Translations under genes and position numbers: made by a program | Source: an uncultured Clostridia bacterium | GTDB lineage: Bacteria > Bacillota > Clostridia > Christensenellales > UBA1242 | Assembly (NCBI GenBank): GCA_930971385.1 | Contig: CAKNGB010000001.1 | Coordinates: 3,670-67,669, forward strand | Length of the DNA: 64,000 nt | Direction of reading: 5' to 3' | Shown here: in pieces, positions 27,480 through 37,760 of the stretch | Position numbering within the stretch: position 1 is the stretch's first letter | Layout: the number at the start of each line of letters is the position of its first letter | Notes under the pieces: generated by a model | Told to the model about the DNA's origin: nothing | Databases searched by the model: none | Seen by the model: only the letters and a program-made list of their open reading frames with translations

Positions 27480-30400
27480 CTATTTTCTTAAATCGGTTTC
27501 TTTGGTATTGCCTTGCTTTTCTTTATCATTAACAATTCCGCGAAGGTCTTTAAAAGCCTTTTTATTCGCTGAAGTGTCATAAGCATCTCCCATGCTTTCT
27601 TTAACTTCCTCTTCTTTTTTGTTGACATCGTCATTAATTTTGTTAAAAGCCTCTTCTTTCTTTTGCTTATCCTCTTCTTTTTTTGCTTTGTCAGCGCGAT
27701 TTATGATGTCATCTGCAAAGGTTTTAAGGTTAAGTTTTTCAGCAATTTCTTTTGTTTCTTCTTGCATTTCATATTCATGTCTTTCGCTTTCCAAACGATT
27801 TTGTTTCATAGCTTTTTCCGTAGGTCCAGTGTTTTTCCACCTGTCGTCGAATGCGGAATTTTTAATTGCGTCTTCCGGTCTTAAGCCATATTCCATTTGA
27901 TCGGAAATTTTAACCGCTTTTTGCAAGGTTTCTTTTCTCTTCTTTAATGCGTCAATATGTTTTTCCACATTGGCAATTGCTTCTGCACGATTAAATTCAG
28001 AAATAGGGTTTCTTGCGAGGTTGTCTATTGTAAGTTCAGATTGAATTTTTGCCTTTTCGTCTTTAAGAGTGGTGATTTTTGTTTCGTGTTTTTTAATTAT
28101 TTTTTCTATCATAGTTGATTTTTCATAAAATACTTTTGCTTTTTTTTCAACTTCTTTTGCGTTGTTTAAGTTGCTTTCAATATCTCTAATTATGCCACGG
28201 CGATTTTCTTGCACAGATTGTAAGACTCGCTTATCAAAATCGGTTTTGTATGCAAAAGCATCTAATGCTTTTTTTGCCTTTTCTGTGTTTTCTGAGAAAA
28301 TGTCATTAAATGCTTTTTTATATTTTGCTTGAATCGCATTTAATGTTTCTTGCTTTAATTTTTCAATTTCTTCTTCCGAAAGATTTTTATCATTCAATAT
28401 GGAATTGACATTTTTTTGTAAATTTGCTAATTCTTCTTCTTGATTATGATAGTTTGTGAGTTCATTTTTAGATTTTTCAAGCATTTCACTATAATTAAGA
28501 ACAAGTTTATTTGCTTTGATATATTCATCTTCATATTCAATCATGGTATTTCTAAATCCAGAAATTTCCTCTTCTTCGCTTTTAATTTGATCGTCAATTT
28601 GAGCTATTTTTTGTTGTTTTTCTTGGCGCTCATTTTCTGGCATAGCCTTATTTTTGCCACCATTTTTCAAAAAATCAAGTTCTTGCTCTAGTTGTGGCAA
28701 AATGCCGTCAATGCTTTCAATTTCTTGTTGATATCTTGCTTTATCGCCCTCAATTCTTTCAAGTTTTGCTTGTCTTGTGATTTGCCTATCTTCTCTTTCA
28801 AGTTCCTTTCTTCTTGCTCGAGCGTCAAGTGCTTGATTCAAATACCCGCCAGTTCCCCAATTCCAAGGCTTTGTTGCAAGAAGTGCAGAAGTTGCAAATC
28901 CTGCAATTGCAAAAGGTGCAAGAAATGGAATGAAAACGCTGAGTGCTGTTAAAAAGGCGGAAACTCCCAAAAAACTAGCCCAAATTTTTTCTTCATTAAC
29001 TTCTTCATTAACTGGTTTTGGTGCAGTTGCCGCACCACCGCCAGCACTTCCTCCGCCAGAGCCACCTCTACTTTTTGGTGTTTGCTGAGCACTTGGTGCT
29101 CCATTTCCACTTGGCGCTTCTTGGCGAGGGGTAGGTGTTTCATTTTGAGGCTCAGGAGTTTCATTAGATGGTTCTGGTGTTTCTTGTGGTGGGGTTGGAG
29201 GTGGAGGTGTTAAATCTTGTTCTTCATGAGAAGGTTCGTTATCTCCTTGAGCGTCATCATCACTAGGTTTTTCTTCGTTTTGGCTAGGTGGTGTTTGTTC
29301 AAAAGTTCTTCCTGGAAGAGATTTTTGAGCGTCATCCTCCAAATCATTTTGAGGAGGTTCATGAGTTGGTTCATTTGGCACTAAGCCACTTTGATTATCT
29401 TCTCCAAGTTCGGTGCGAGGTTTACCATCAACAACATGAACATTTTGTTTTCTTCCGTCTTCATACTCCACAGTGTATTCATCAATAATTTGACCGCCAG
29501 CAAAATATGCGTCATTACGAGTGGTTTCAGCGTCAAAGTTTTCTTTCTTTGGTTGTGTGTATAAATTGTTATCTTGTTTTGGTTCAAGTTGGTTATTTTC
29601 ATGTTCATCTTCTTGAATTTCATGAAGAGGAGGTTCTTGACTTTCTAAATCAGTGGTTTGTTTTGGTGAATTTTGATAGAAAACGGTGTCATTTTCAATT
29701 ATGGCATTTGGCGATTGAGTTGACGCGTTATATCTTTCATCTTCAACAATGATGCTTTCAGGTGTTCTAAGTTCATTTTTTTCGTCGCTTTGGTTGGCAA
29801 GTCCAGTTTCCTTTTCATTTTGCACAACAAGCCCATGCTCTTCATTACTTTTTCCTTTTACCTTATGTGGTGGAACAAGAACAAAGTCTTTTTCTTCACT
29901 AGGCACAAGAATAAAGCCATGCTCATCCTCTTCAACCACTTCTGGCTCCTTTTCTTCCACAAGTTCGTTGCCTTTTTCTGTGCGTTTAACAACGGCAATA
30001 TCGGCGTAGGAATATATGTTTGCTTCGTCATAGCGGTCGATGTAAGTGCCTTCAAACTTCTTAAATTCTTCAGCATATTCCTTTTCCTTGCTGTCAAGAA
30101 ATTTTTGCACAGTTTTGCCAGTGCCTTTAAGGTCCATATTCAAATTGCAAGTCATGTTTCCTGCATGAAGTTTAAGTGAAAGGTTGTTGTTTTCAAAATT
30201 CATACCTCTCACTTCATAGTATTTTCCAACTTGTTTTCTTCCGTTCACTTCCAAATTGAAATAACCATAAAGTTTGCCGTCTTTTTCGGCAAGATTCAGC
30301 CATTCCGTGCCAACTTTTTCACCCTTTGGCACACGAATAGGAAGTGAGGTGATTGCAAGCGCGCCATAATTTTTTGTGATTGGTTGCACGCGTTTGATGT

Positions 30401-31067
30401 TGTCTAAGATGTTGTTTGTTTTAATTTCTTGGTTTGTTCTCATGCGGGCGTTTTGCGTGGAGGCGATGAGAAGTGCTTGCATTGTGGCACTTTCAAATTT
30501 CATATCTTCACCTAAATTGCAAGTGTTGTCATTTCCCATGGCTTTTTCTAAGAACCTGTCGGAAACGGCGATGTCGAAAGGATAGTCAGTGTTTCTGAAA
30601 ACGCTGTTTCCGTTTTTCGTGTCAACAATCTGCGCGCCAAAGGCAGAGAAGAGACAGGAAAAATCTTTGCCGTTTGTGCTTTTCACTTGCACATCAAGTT
30701 TCTTATCCAAAACAAGTTCGTTTAACTCCACATCTTGCCCGCGAAAATCTGCGTATTTATTATTTGTGTCGATAGATTTAAAAAATTCATCGCCAAAGTG
30801 GAGATAGGTCTTTCCGCCTTTGTCATAAAAATTTGCCACCAATTTGCCATTTTTATGAATTTTTAAAAGGTATTTATTAGAGTCGCTGGAATAAAGATGT
30901 TGTTCTCCTCTTTCCGAGAATTTGACATTGGCACTTTCAAGTTTAATATTTTGAGAAACCTTAATAACTCTATCTTCACCTTTAACATTTTTCGCGTCTT
31001 TTTTAAGAGTTTGCGAGTCGTTTCTAACGCGAGAAATAGGGCTGTCAAGATTAGATTTTTTTGCCAT
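27480..31067 (-). CDS. 1195-aa protein of unknown function: N-terminal globular region, acidic Pro/Glu/Gln-rich linker, Gly-rich stretch, two adjacent TM helices, ~460-aa coiled coil
   Basis: GGAGG RBS 5 nt before the ATG at 31067 (MAKKSNL). Hydrophobic hairpin IWASFLGVSAFLTALSVFIPFLAPFAIAGFATSALLA. The C-terminal half is heptad-like and Glu/Lys-rich. No N-terminal signal peptide. Confidence 0.75.
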   Translation of the reverse strand: MAKKSNLDSPISRVRNDSQTLKKDAKNVKGEDRVIKVSQNIKLESANVKFSERGEQHLYSSDSNKYLLKIHKNGKLVANFYDKGGKTYLHFGDEFFKSIDTNNKYADFRGQDVELNELVLDKKLDVQVKSTNGKDFSCLFSAFGAQIVDTKNGNSVFRNTDYPFDIAVSDRFLEKAMGNDNTCNLGEDMKFESATMQALLIASTQNARMRTNQEIKTNNILDNIKRVQPITKNYGALAITSLPIRVPKGEKVGTEWLNLAEKDGKLYGYFNLEVNGRKQVGKYYEVRGMNFENNNLSLKLHAGNMTCNLNMDLKGTGKTVQKFLDSKEKEYAEEFKKFEGTYIDRYDEANIYSYADIAVVKRTEKGNELVEEKEPEVVEEDEHGFILVPSEEKDFVLVPPHKVKGKSNEEHGLVVQNEKETGLANQSDEKNELRTPESIIVEDERYNASTQSPNAIIENDTVFYQNSPKQTTDLESQEPPLHEIQEDEHENNQLEPKQDNNLYTQPKKENFDAETTRNDAYFAGGQIIDEYTVEYEDGRKQNVHVVDGKPRTELGEDNQSGLVPNEPTHEPPQNDLEDDAQKSLPGRTFEQTPPSQNEEKPSDDDAQGDNEPSHEEQDLTPPPPTPPQETPEPSNETPEPQNETPTPRQEAPSGNGAPSAQQTPKSRGGSGGGSAGGGAATAPKPVNEEVNEEKIWASFLGVSAFLTALSVFIPFLAPFAIAGFATSALLATKPWNWGTGGYLNQALDARARRKELEREDRQITRQAKLERIEGDKARYQQEIESIDGILPQLEQELDFLKNGGKNKAMPENERQEKQQKIAQIDDQIKSEEEEISGFRNTMIEYEDEYIKANKLVLNYSEMLEKSKNELTNYHNQEEELANLQKNVNSILNDKNLSEEEIEKLKQETLNAIQAKYKKAFNDIFSENTEKAKKALDAFAYKTDFDKRVLQSVQENRRGIIRDIESNLNNAKEVEKKAKVFYEKSTMIEKIIKKHETKITTLKDEKAKIQSELTIDNLARNPISEFNRAEAIANVEKHIDALKKRKETLQKAVKISDQMEYGLRPEDAIKNSAFDDRWKNTGPTEKAMKQNRLESERHEYEMQEETKEIAEKLNLKTFADDIINRADKAKKEEDKQKKEEAFNKINDDVNKKEEEVKESMGDAYDTSANKKAFKDLRGIVNDKEKQGNTKETDLRK

Positions 31068-31261
31068 AAAATCCTCCATATAAAAAATTATAACATTTTT
31101 AAGATATTTTGTCAATTATTGTCTAAATTTAATTAAACTTGAACTAATATTTTTAAGTATGTGTAAAATGTGGATAAAATTAAGTTAAACAGTTGAAATT
31201 TTTTTTAATTTTTGGTAAAATACCATAGATAAATTGTAGAATAAGAATAATTGGAGTTAAT

Positions 31262-33964
31262 ATGGGACTTTTTGGAAACGAAAATAAATCGCAAGTTAAG
31301 AAACTTAAAAAAATTGCCGATAAGGTTGTGGCGCTTGAAGATAAATATCGCGCGTATTCTGACGATGAACTTAAAAATTGCACCGAGGATTTTAAAATGA
31401 GATATAAAAATGGCGAAAGCTTGATGGACCTTCTTCCAGAGGCTTACGCGGTTATGCGTGAGGCGTCGGACAGAGTTTTGAAGATGCGTCACTTCTATGT
31501 GCAAATTTTGGGCGGAATCGCTCTTCATCAAGGGCGTATTGCAGAAATGGCAACTGGTGAAGGTAAAACTCTTGTGGCAACACTTCCTGCATATTTAAAC
31601 GCCATAACTGGCAAAGGTGTTCATGTTGTGACTGTGAATGAATACCTAACTAAGCGTGACGCTGAATGGATGGGCAAGGTTTATCGCTTTCTTGGCTTAA
31701 CCGTTGGGGTGGCAGTTTCAGGTATGCCAGAAGCCGAAAAGCGCAAGGCATATGCGTGTGACATAACCTATTGCACAAACAACGAACTTGGGTTCGACTA
31801 TCTTCGCGACAACATGGCAGTAAACAAAAATCAGCGCGTTCAACGCGGGCATAATTTTGCCATTGTCGATGAAGTGGACTCTATTTTGATTGATGAAGCA
31901 AGAACGCCTCTCATTATTTCTGGACGCGGAATGAAATCCAGCGAACAATATATTTCCGCACAAAAATTTGTTAAAACCTTAAAGAGCGACGACTATGAAC
32001 TTGACGAAAAAACCAAACAACTAAACTTGACCGAAAGCGGAATTGATAAGGCAGAAAGATACTTTAAACTTGATAACCTTTCCGATGTTGACAACTTGGA
32101 ATTAAACCACCACATAAACAATGCCATGAAGGCAAACTTCACTATGCATCGCGATGAAAACTATATTGTTAAAGACGGCGAAGTTATCATTGTCGACGAG
32201 TTTACTGGGCGTTTGATGCAGGGAAGAAGATACTCAGACGGCTTGCACCAAGCGATTGAAGCCAAGGAAGGCGTTAATATTAAAGATGAAAACAAAACCC
32301 TTGCAACAATCACTTTCCAAAACTATTTCCGCCTATACGACAAACTTTCTGGCATGACAGGAACGGCAAAAACTGAAGAGGGCGAATTTAGAGCAATCTA
32401 TAAACTTGATGTTGTCACCATTCCACCAAACTTACCAAACATAAGGCAGGACGAGCCAGACATCATCTTCTCCACCGAGCGCGGAAAAATTAGGGCAATT
32501 GTGGAAGAGATTAAACGCCATCATGCAACTGGTCAACCAATTTTGGTTGGTACTGTGACCATTGACAAAAGTGAACTTATTTCAAAAGCGCTTAAAGAGG
32601 CAAAGATTAAGCATAATGTTTTGAACGCTAAAAATCATGAAATGGAAAGTCAGATTGTGGCTCAGGCTGGGCGAAAAGGCGCTGTGACCATTGCCACCAA
32701 CATGGCAGGACGCGGAACGGATATTTTGCTGGGCGGAAACCCTGAATTTATGGCAAAAAAGAAGATGCGTGAAGAGAATTTCACAGAAGAGCAAATTTCC
32801 TATGCTAACTCTTTCAACACTGTGGACGATGAGGAACTTAAAAAAGCAAGAGAAAGATATAACACGCTTTATAGCGAGTTCAAAAAGATAACCGACACGG
32901 AAAAAGAGGAAGTTAAAAGCGTGGGCGGACTTCACATCATCGGCACAGAAAGGCATGAGTCGAGAAGAATTGACAACCAACTTCGTGGGCGTGCTTCTCG
33001 TCAAGGTGACCCAGGTTCTTCGGTTTTCTTCATATCTTTTGAGGATGATTTAATCAGGCGTTTTGCTGGCGAAAAATTCAAGAAACTTGCCACATTTTTT
33101 AGGTTGGAAGAAGATACGCCAATTCAACTTAAAATTATGTCAAGGCAGATTGAGTCAGCGCAAAAGAAAATTGAAATGCAAAACTTTGCCATAAGAAAAA
33201 CCGTTTTGCAATTCGACGATGTTTTGAATGCGCAAAGAGGAATTATTTACGACCAACGCAACAGCGTTTTAGACGGCAAAAGCGTGCATGACCAAATTAT
33301 GAATATGCTTCCACACCTTGTGAACATCTATGTTAACCGTTGCGTTGACCCAGAAAAACCATATTTTGATTGGGACTATGAAAAAATCAATAAAGAACTT
33401 GAAAATGGGCTTTTGGAAAAAGGAAAAAACATAATCACAGAAGATCTTTGCGAAGGTTTTGACATCGACGATTTCAGCGAAAAGGTTTTGGAACTTGTGA
33501 AATCTAGATATGAAAATCGTATGCAAGAGGCTGGCAAACTTGGCGTTATTTTTGAAGAGATTGAAAAATTTGTGCTTTTAAGAGTTGTTGACTCCAACTG
33601 GATGAACCATATCGACGATATGCAAATCATGAAAAACGAGATTTTTGCGCGTGGATTTGGAAATCAGGACCCAATTTTAGCGTATAAAAAAGATGGCTTT
33701 GAAATGTTCGACAAGATGATTGACAGGATTAAAGAAACCACTTGCTTACTTCTTCTTAACATGAACATTGAGGTTAGGCGTCCAGTTCAACCAAAAGAAA
33801 CAAATCTCAAAAACACCGAAGCCAAAAAGTATGAACCTAGCGAAAGGCCAGAAGAGAGAAAAATTCAAAAAACTGTTGTTAACACCACTAAAAAGGTGGG
33901 CAGAAACGACCCATGTCCTTGTGGAAGTGGAAAAAAGTATAAAAATTGTTGCGGAAGAGTGTGA
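31262..33964 (+). CDS. secA: preprotein translocase ATPase SecA
   Basis: MATGEGKTLVA Walker A, DEVDSILIDEARTPLIISG, C-terminal zinc motif CPCGSGKKYKNCCG. Confidence 0.97.
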   Translation: MGLFGNENKSQVKKLKKIADKVVALEDKYRAYSDDELKNCTEDFKMRYKNGESLMDLLPEAYAVMREASDRVLKMRHFYVQILGGIALHQGRIAEMATGEGKTLVATLPAYLNAITGKGVHVVTVNEYLTKRDAEWMGKVYRFLGLTVGVAVSGMPEAEKRKAYACDITYCTNNELGFDYLRDNMAVNKNQRVQRGHNFAIVDEVDSILIDEARTPLIISGRGMKSSEQYISAQKFVKTLKSDDYELDEKTKQLNLTESGIDKAERYFKLDNLSDVDNLELNHHINNAMKANFTMHRDENYIVKDGEVIIVDEFTGRLMQGRRYSDGLHQAIEAKEGVNIKDENKTLATITFQNYFRLYDKLSGMTGTAKTEEGEFRAIYKLDVVTIPPNLPNIRQDEPDIIFSTERGKIRAIVEEIKRHHATGQPILVGTVTIDKSELISKALKEAKIKHNVLNAKNHEMESQIVAQAGRKGAVTIATNMAGRGTDILLGGNPEFMAKKKMREENFTEEQISYANSFNTVDDEELKKARERYNTLYSEFKKITDTEKEEVKSVGGLHIIGTERHESRRIDNQLRGRASRQGDPGSSVFFISFEDDLIRRFAGEKFKKLATFFRLEEDTPIQLKIMSRQIESAQKKIEMQNFAIRKTVLQFDDVLNAQRGIIYDQRNSVLDGKSVHDQIMNMLPHLVNIYVNRCVDPEKPYFDWDYEKINKELENGLLEKGKNIITEDLCEGFDIDDFSEKVLELVKSRYENRMQEAGKLGVIFEEIEKFVLLRVVDSNWMNHIDDMQIMKNEIFARGFGNQDPILAYKKDGFEMFDKMIDRIKETTCLLLLNMNIEVRRPVQPKETNLKNTEAKKYEPSERPEERKIQKTVVNTTKKVGRNDPCPCGSGKKYKNCCGRV

Positions 33965-34036
33965 TTTTCACATTCTTCTTTTTTCACTATTGACAAGGTG
34001 ATATATTCGTGTTAAAATCTATGAAAGTGAGGAAAA

Positions 34037-34501
34037 ATGAATACGGTTGATTTTGCAGTTGATTGGTGGATAAAGTATTTATCTGGCGAAGAGCATGACG
34101 ACGAAATGCAAGAGTTTGTTGATAAGAATTTTTATGATGATAAAAGAGCGTTTGGCGCTTTAAAGATTTTGGCAGAATTTTTGGATAATGCCTATGAATA
34201 CGCCAGGCTTCAAAACAGGCTTAAACCATGGCAAAAGGAAAAGTTTGCAGGTTTTTTAAAGGTGGGCATAAAAAACGAAATCACAAAAAACGGCTATTGC
34301 TATCTTTACACCGATGAAAACGGTTCTGCGCGCGGGCTTCTAGGTCTTGTTTCCTATTATGCTTACATTGAGCATGACGAGGCGAGTGCTTTTCCAAATC
34401 ATTTTGAAATGTTCATAGACCGTGACAAAGTGGAAATAAGACGGCGAGAGGATGAAAAGTATGAAATTCTCTTTCAAAAGCCAAAAGAAAGAGAAAGATA
34501 A
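34037..34501 (+). CDS. hypothetical protein (154 aa)
   Basis: GAGGA RBS. Followed by a terminator. No motif recognised. Confidence 0.65.
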   Translation: MNTVDFAVDWWIKYLSGEEHDDEMQEFVDKNFYDDKRAFGALKILAEFLDNAYEYARLQNRLKPWQKEKFAGFLKVGIKNEITKNGYCYLYTDENGSARGLLGLVSYYAYIEHDEASAFPNHFEMFIDRDKVEIRRREDEKYEILFQKPKERER

Positions 34502-34504
34502 AAA

Positions 34505-34533
34505 AATATGCACAACGAAGTGCATATTTTTTA
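34505..34533 (+). terminator. rho-independent terminator
   Basis: ATATGCAC aacgaa GTGCATAT followed by TTTTTT. Confidence 0.7.
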
Positions 34534-34663
34534 TGAAAAGATTTTTAATTTATTAATGAAAAGATTTATAGATTATTTTTATTAATTTTTTTTTAAAGTT
34601 CAAATTTCTTGCCAAAGTGTTTTGAAACATTAAAGCAAGGAAGTTTTAATTATTTTTTAATAA

Positions 34664-34867
34664 TTAAACGTTATATTTTTTCTTGAATTTTTCAACATTA
34701 CCACTTGAGTCAACAATTTTCTTCTTGCCAGTGTAAAATGGGTGGCACTTATTGCAAATATCAATTTTCAAAGTGTCGCCTTTCACACAAGAGCCTGTTT
34801 TGAAAGTGTTTCCACACGCGCACACAACGGTCACTTCATGGTAATCTGGATGTATTTTTTCTTTCAT
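34664..34867 (-). CDS. rpmE: 50S ribosomal protein L31 (zinc-binding type A)
   Basis: [28 protein letters not shown]. Confidence 0.93.
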   Translation of the reverse strand: MKEKIHPDYHEVTVVCACGNTFKTGSCVKGDTLKIDICNKCHPFYTGKKKIVDSSGNVEKFKKKYNV

Positions 34868-34879
34868 ATTCCTCTCCTT

Positions 34880-35137
34880 TTAGTCACCAATGTATGGAAG
34901 TAATGCCATGTTTCTTGCTCTTTTAATAGCGTTTGCAAGTTCTCTTTGATGATAAGAGCAAACACCAGTTTGGCGTCTTGGCAAAATTTTACCTTTTTCT
35001 GTGACATATTTTCTTATTTTTGCAATATCTTTATAGTCGATTGTCTTTTCGCCAGCCACACAGAAAGCGCAAACTTTTTTCTTAGAAGGCTTGCGATATT
35101 TTTTAACAACCTTTTCTTCGGTTTTAACTTCGCTCAT
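34880..35137 (-). CDS. rpsR: 30S ribosomal protein S18
   Basis: IDYKD...[34 protein letters not shown] pattern. Confidence 0.93.
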   Translation of the reverse strand: MSEVKTEEKVVKKYRKPSKKKVCAFCVAGEKTIDYKDIAKIRKYVTEKGKILPRRQTGVCSYHQRELANAIKRARNMALLPYIGD

Positions 35138-35156
35138 AATCTCTCCTTTTTAATTT

Positions 35157-35576
35157 TTAAAATGGCAAACTGTCATCTTCAATTTCTTCAAGTTCAGCGG
35201 TCTGTTTTGGCTGAGGCTGTGCTTTTGGTGCGTCAACATCATCTTGAGTGTCGCCACCGCGTGCAGAGTTAATAAATTCCACTTCTTCTGCCACGATGTC
35301 GGTTGTGTAGCGCTTTTGACCATCAGCAGTTTCATAGGTTGAGGTTTGAAGCCTTCCAACAACAGCACACTTAGAACCTTTCTTCAAAAATTTATGGCAA
35401 TTTTCTGCCTGATTTCTCCAAACAACAATGTTAAAAAAGTCTGCTCCTCTTTCGCCGTCGGCATTAGCAAATCTTCTTGAAACGGCAATGGAAAATCTGC
35501 AAATTGAAACACCGCTGTTGGTTTGGGTTAATTCTGGATCTCTTGTTAAGTTTCCAAGTAAAATCACTTTGTTCAT
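35157..35576 (-). CDS. ssb: single-stranded DNA-binding protein
   Basis: MNKVILLGNLTRDPEL OB-fold N-terminus and an acidic C-terminal tip DDSLPF. Confidence 0.93.
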   Translation of the reverse strand: MNKVILLGNLTRDPELTQTNSGVSICRFSIAVSRRFANADGERGADFFNIVVWRNQAENCHKFLKKGSKCAVVGRLQTSTYETADGQKRYTTDIVAEEVEFINSARGGDTQDDVDAPKAQPQPKQTAELEEIEDDSLPF

Positions 35577-35585
35577 AATTTTCTC

Positions 35586-35867
35586 CTATTTTCTAACAAA
35601 CATTTGACGAACGATGCCATCAGTGATGTTCATAAGTTTGTTCATTACGTCAACTTCTTCTGGTGCCATGGTGATGTTAAAAATCACATAGAAACCTTCG
35701 TTTTTGAAGTTGATTGGATAAGCAAACTTTTTCATACCAATTTTCTCAACGCCTTCAATGGTGCCTTTGTGAGCTTCAACATACGCTTTAAATCTTGCGA
35801 TAAGTTCTTCTCTCTTTTCTTCGCTGACATCAGAAGCGATGATAAACATAAGTTCATACTTATTCAT
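35586..35867 (-). CDS. rpsF: 30S ribosomal protein S6
   Basis: MNKYELMFII...G.KKFAYPI pattern. First gene of the conserved rpsF-ssb-rpsR operon. Confidence 0.93.
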   Translation of the reverse strand: MNKYELMFIIASDVSEEKREELIARFKAYVEAHKGTIEGVEKIGMKKFAYPINFKNEGFYVIFNITMAPEEVDVMNKLMNITDGIVRQMFVRK

Positions 35868-35941
35868 CTTAATACCTCCTTTTGGACTAATGGTTTTTGC
35901 TTTTTCGCAAAAACAAGGACAGCATTTCTACTGCTTTTGGC

Positions 35942-35970
35942 ATTTTAGCACATATTGGCACATTTGTCAA
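35942..35970 (-). promoter_or_regulatory. promoter of the rpsF-ssb-rpsR operon
   Basis: On the minus strand: TTGACA (35970-35965), 17-nt spacer, TAAAAT (35947-35942). The ~70-nt leader contains the hairpin GTTTTTGC gaaaaa GCAAAAAC. Confidence 0.6.
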
Positions 35971-36038
35971 GTGTTTAAAAACAATTTATTTATTTTAATA
36001 TTTAGGTTTATAGATAAAAGCATAAAGAATTTAAAATC

Positions 36039-37760
36039 ATGAAGTTGTGCATAAAAATTATAAATAAACGAAAGTTTGGCAATAATTTTAGCATGAAAAT
36101 GACCTATTTTCCGGTTTCAAACGGGGTTATGTGTAAAAATGAGGTGAGAGAAGCACTTGCGGTTATCAGTGAGGACGGCACGCGAAGTTTATGGAGCGAG
36201 GAAAGTAAACTTAAACTAATTTACTGGCATTTCCCTTTTGCTCGCGGACTTCAGTGTTTTTTCATGGGCATAATCGCTCTTTTCAAAGCGCAGTTCTGGG
36301 CGGATAAAATTAAGAAAAAGAAAAAAGATTTTACCATTCTTTTTTCTCTTCTTTCCGCGGTTTTAGGTGTGATTTTTGCTGGGCTTGTTTTGGGATATTT
36401 ACCGGGCAAACTTGGCTATTTTCTCATCGGTGCGGACAGCTCCACGTTATTGCGCAATTTCATCATTGCCTTTTTTAAGGTTGTTCTTTTTGCCGTATTT
36501 TTAATTGCACTTAAAGCGTTCCCAGTTATGAGGGAGTTTTTCCGCTTCAACAGGGCAAGTGACCTTGTTTCCATTTACGGCGAAAATTGCCGAGGAAAAT
36601 ATAAAAATGGGATGTGTGAACCGCTAAATTTCTTAAATTTCCTTGTTTTTACTTTCTTTTTAGATATTTTTGTGATAACATTTATTGGAATAAGTTTAGG
36701 TTTTGTGCTTAACTTCTTGGTAAATTTGGCAATTTTTTTGCTTATGCCAATGGTGGCTTATGAAATTTTGTGGCTTATTGACAAAAGCGGTTGGAGTTAT
36801 TTGAAATCGCTGTGCTTTGTGACCTCGTTTTTTGTGACAATGAGGCCGTCTTTAACTCATGTTGAAACCGTTTTAACCGCGCAAACCGAGATGAATTTTT
36901 TGCTCTCACAAAAGGAAAGAGGATATATGAAAGATGATGGCAGAAAGCCTTTTTCGGTGGTGTATGCCGAAGTGAAAAATAAATTAAATAAAGTGGCAGA
37001 TAAGAGCGATGTTGATTGGATAATCGCCACCGTTTTAGGCAAAAATCGCGCTGAAGTTAAACTTGTGGAAAGCGTTTCTGAAAAGGAATATAAGGATATT
37101 ATGCGGGCGACAAACAGGCGGGCAAATGGCGAAAGTGTGGACAATATTTTTGGCTACACCGAATTTTTCGGGCTTCGTTTTGATGTCAACAAAAAAGTGC
37201 TAACACCGCGTATGGAAACGGAAATTTTGGTGGAACAGGTTTTAAGATTTGCAGGCAAAAAAACAAAAATTTTGGATGTTGGCACAGGCAGTGGTGCGAT
37301 TGCAGTTAGCATTGCAAAAAACAGCGAAGCAGTGGTTTCTGCGCTTGATATAAGCAAAAGCGCCTTGCAAACAGCACAATCAAACGCCAAGAAAAATGGT
37401 GTTAAAGTGGAATTTATTGAGTCAAATCTCTTCAATAACTTGAAAAGAAGAAAAAAATATGATATTATAGTTTCTAATCCGCCATACATTCCAACCAAAG
37501 ATTTACCTAAACTTGATGTCAATGTGCGTGAATGTGACCCGAAAATTGCTCTTGACGGAGGCGAAGATGGGCTTTTGTTTTACCGAGAAATAACCGCGGG
37601 CGCTGTTAAGCACTTAAAAAGTGGAGGTATGCTTTTTTACGAGGTTGGAAAAGGGCAAATAGGCCATGTTAAAAAAATTATGAAAGAAAATGGCTTTAAA
37701 GATATTAAAATAGTTAAAGACTATAACAAAATTGAAAGGGTAATTTATGGAAAACTATAA
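36039..37760 (+). CDS. prmC: fusion protein: N-terminal DUF1385 (YqhQ-like) membrane domain + C-terminal release-factor glutamine N5-methyltransferase PrmC (HemK)
   Basis: The N-terminal ~290 aa resemble my recollection of B. subtilis YqhQ (..NGVM.., FPFARG, multiple TM helices, VAYEILWL). The C-terminal part has the SAM-binding VGTGSGAI and catalytic NPPY (VSNPPYIP). Start is uncertain (36039 or 36093). Confidence 0.75.
   Translation: MKLCIKIINKRKFGNNFSMKMTYFPVSNGVMCKNEVREALAVISEDGTRSLWSEESKLKLIYWHFPFARGLQCFFMGIIALFKAQFWADKIKKKKKDFTILFSLLSAVLGVIFAGLVLGYLPGKLGYFLIGADSSTLLRNFIIAFFKVVLFAVFLIALKAFPVMREFFRFNRASDLVSIYGENCRGKYKNGMCEPLNFLNFLVFTFFLDIFVITFIGISLGFVLNFLVNLAIFLLMPMVAYEILWLIDKSGWSYLKSLCFVTSFFVTMRPSLTHVETVLTAQTEMNFLLSQKERGYMKDDGRKPFSVVYAEVKNKLNKVADKSDVDWIIATVLGKNRAEVKLVESVSEKEYKDIMRATNRRANGESVDNIFGYTEFFGLRFDVNKKVLTPRMETEILVEQVLRFAGKKTKILDVGTGSGAIAVSIAKNSEAVVSALDISKSALQTAQSNAKKNGVKVEFIESNLFNNLKRRKKYDIIVSNPPYIPTKDLPKLDVNVRECDPKIALDGGEDGLLFYREITAGAVKHLKSGGMLFYEVGKGQIGHVKKIMKENGFKDIKIVKDYNKIERVIYGKL

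Noticed and set aside
31141-31531. ORFs 31180..31383 (-) and 31205..31531 (-) near the secA start
   Set aside because: They lie antisense to the secA 5' end and in the AT-rich divergent promoter region. No RBS, and low-complexity composition.
35868-35941. rpsF leader hairpin as an S6:S18 autoregulatory element
   Set aside because: A hairpin exists in the ~70-nt leader, but I cannot verify the conserved bulge motif of the known rpsF leader by eye. It is mentioned only in the promoter feature.
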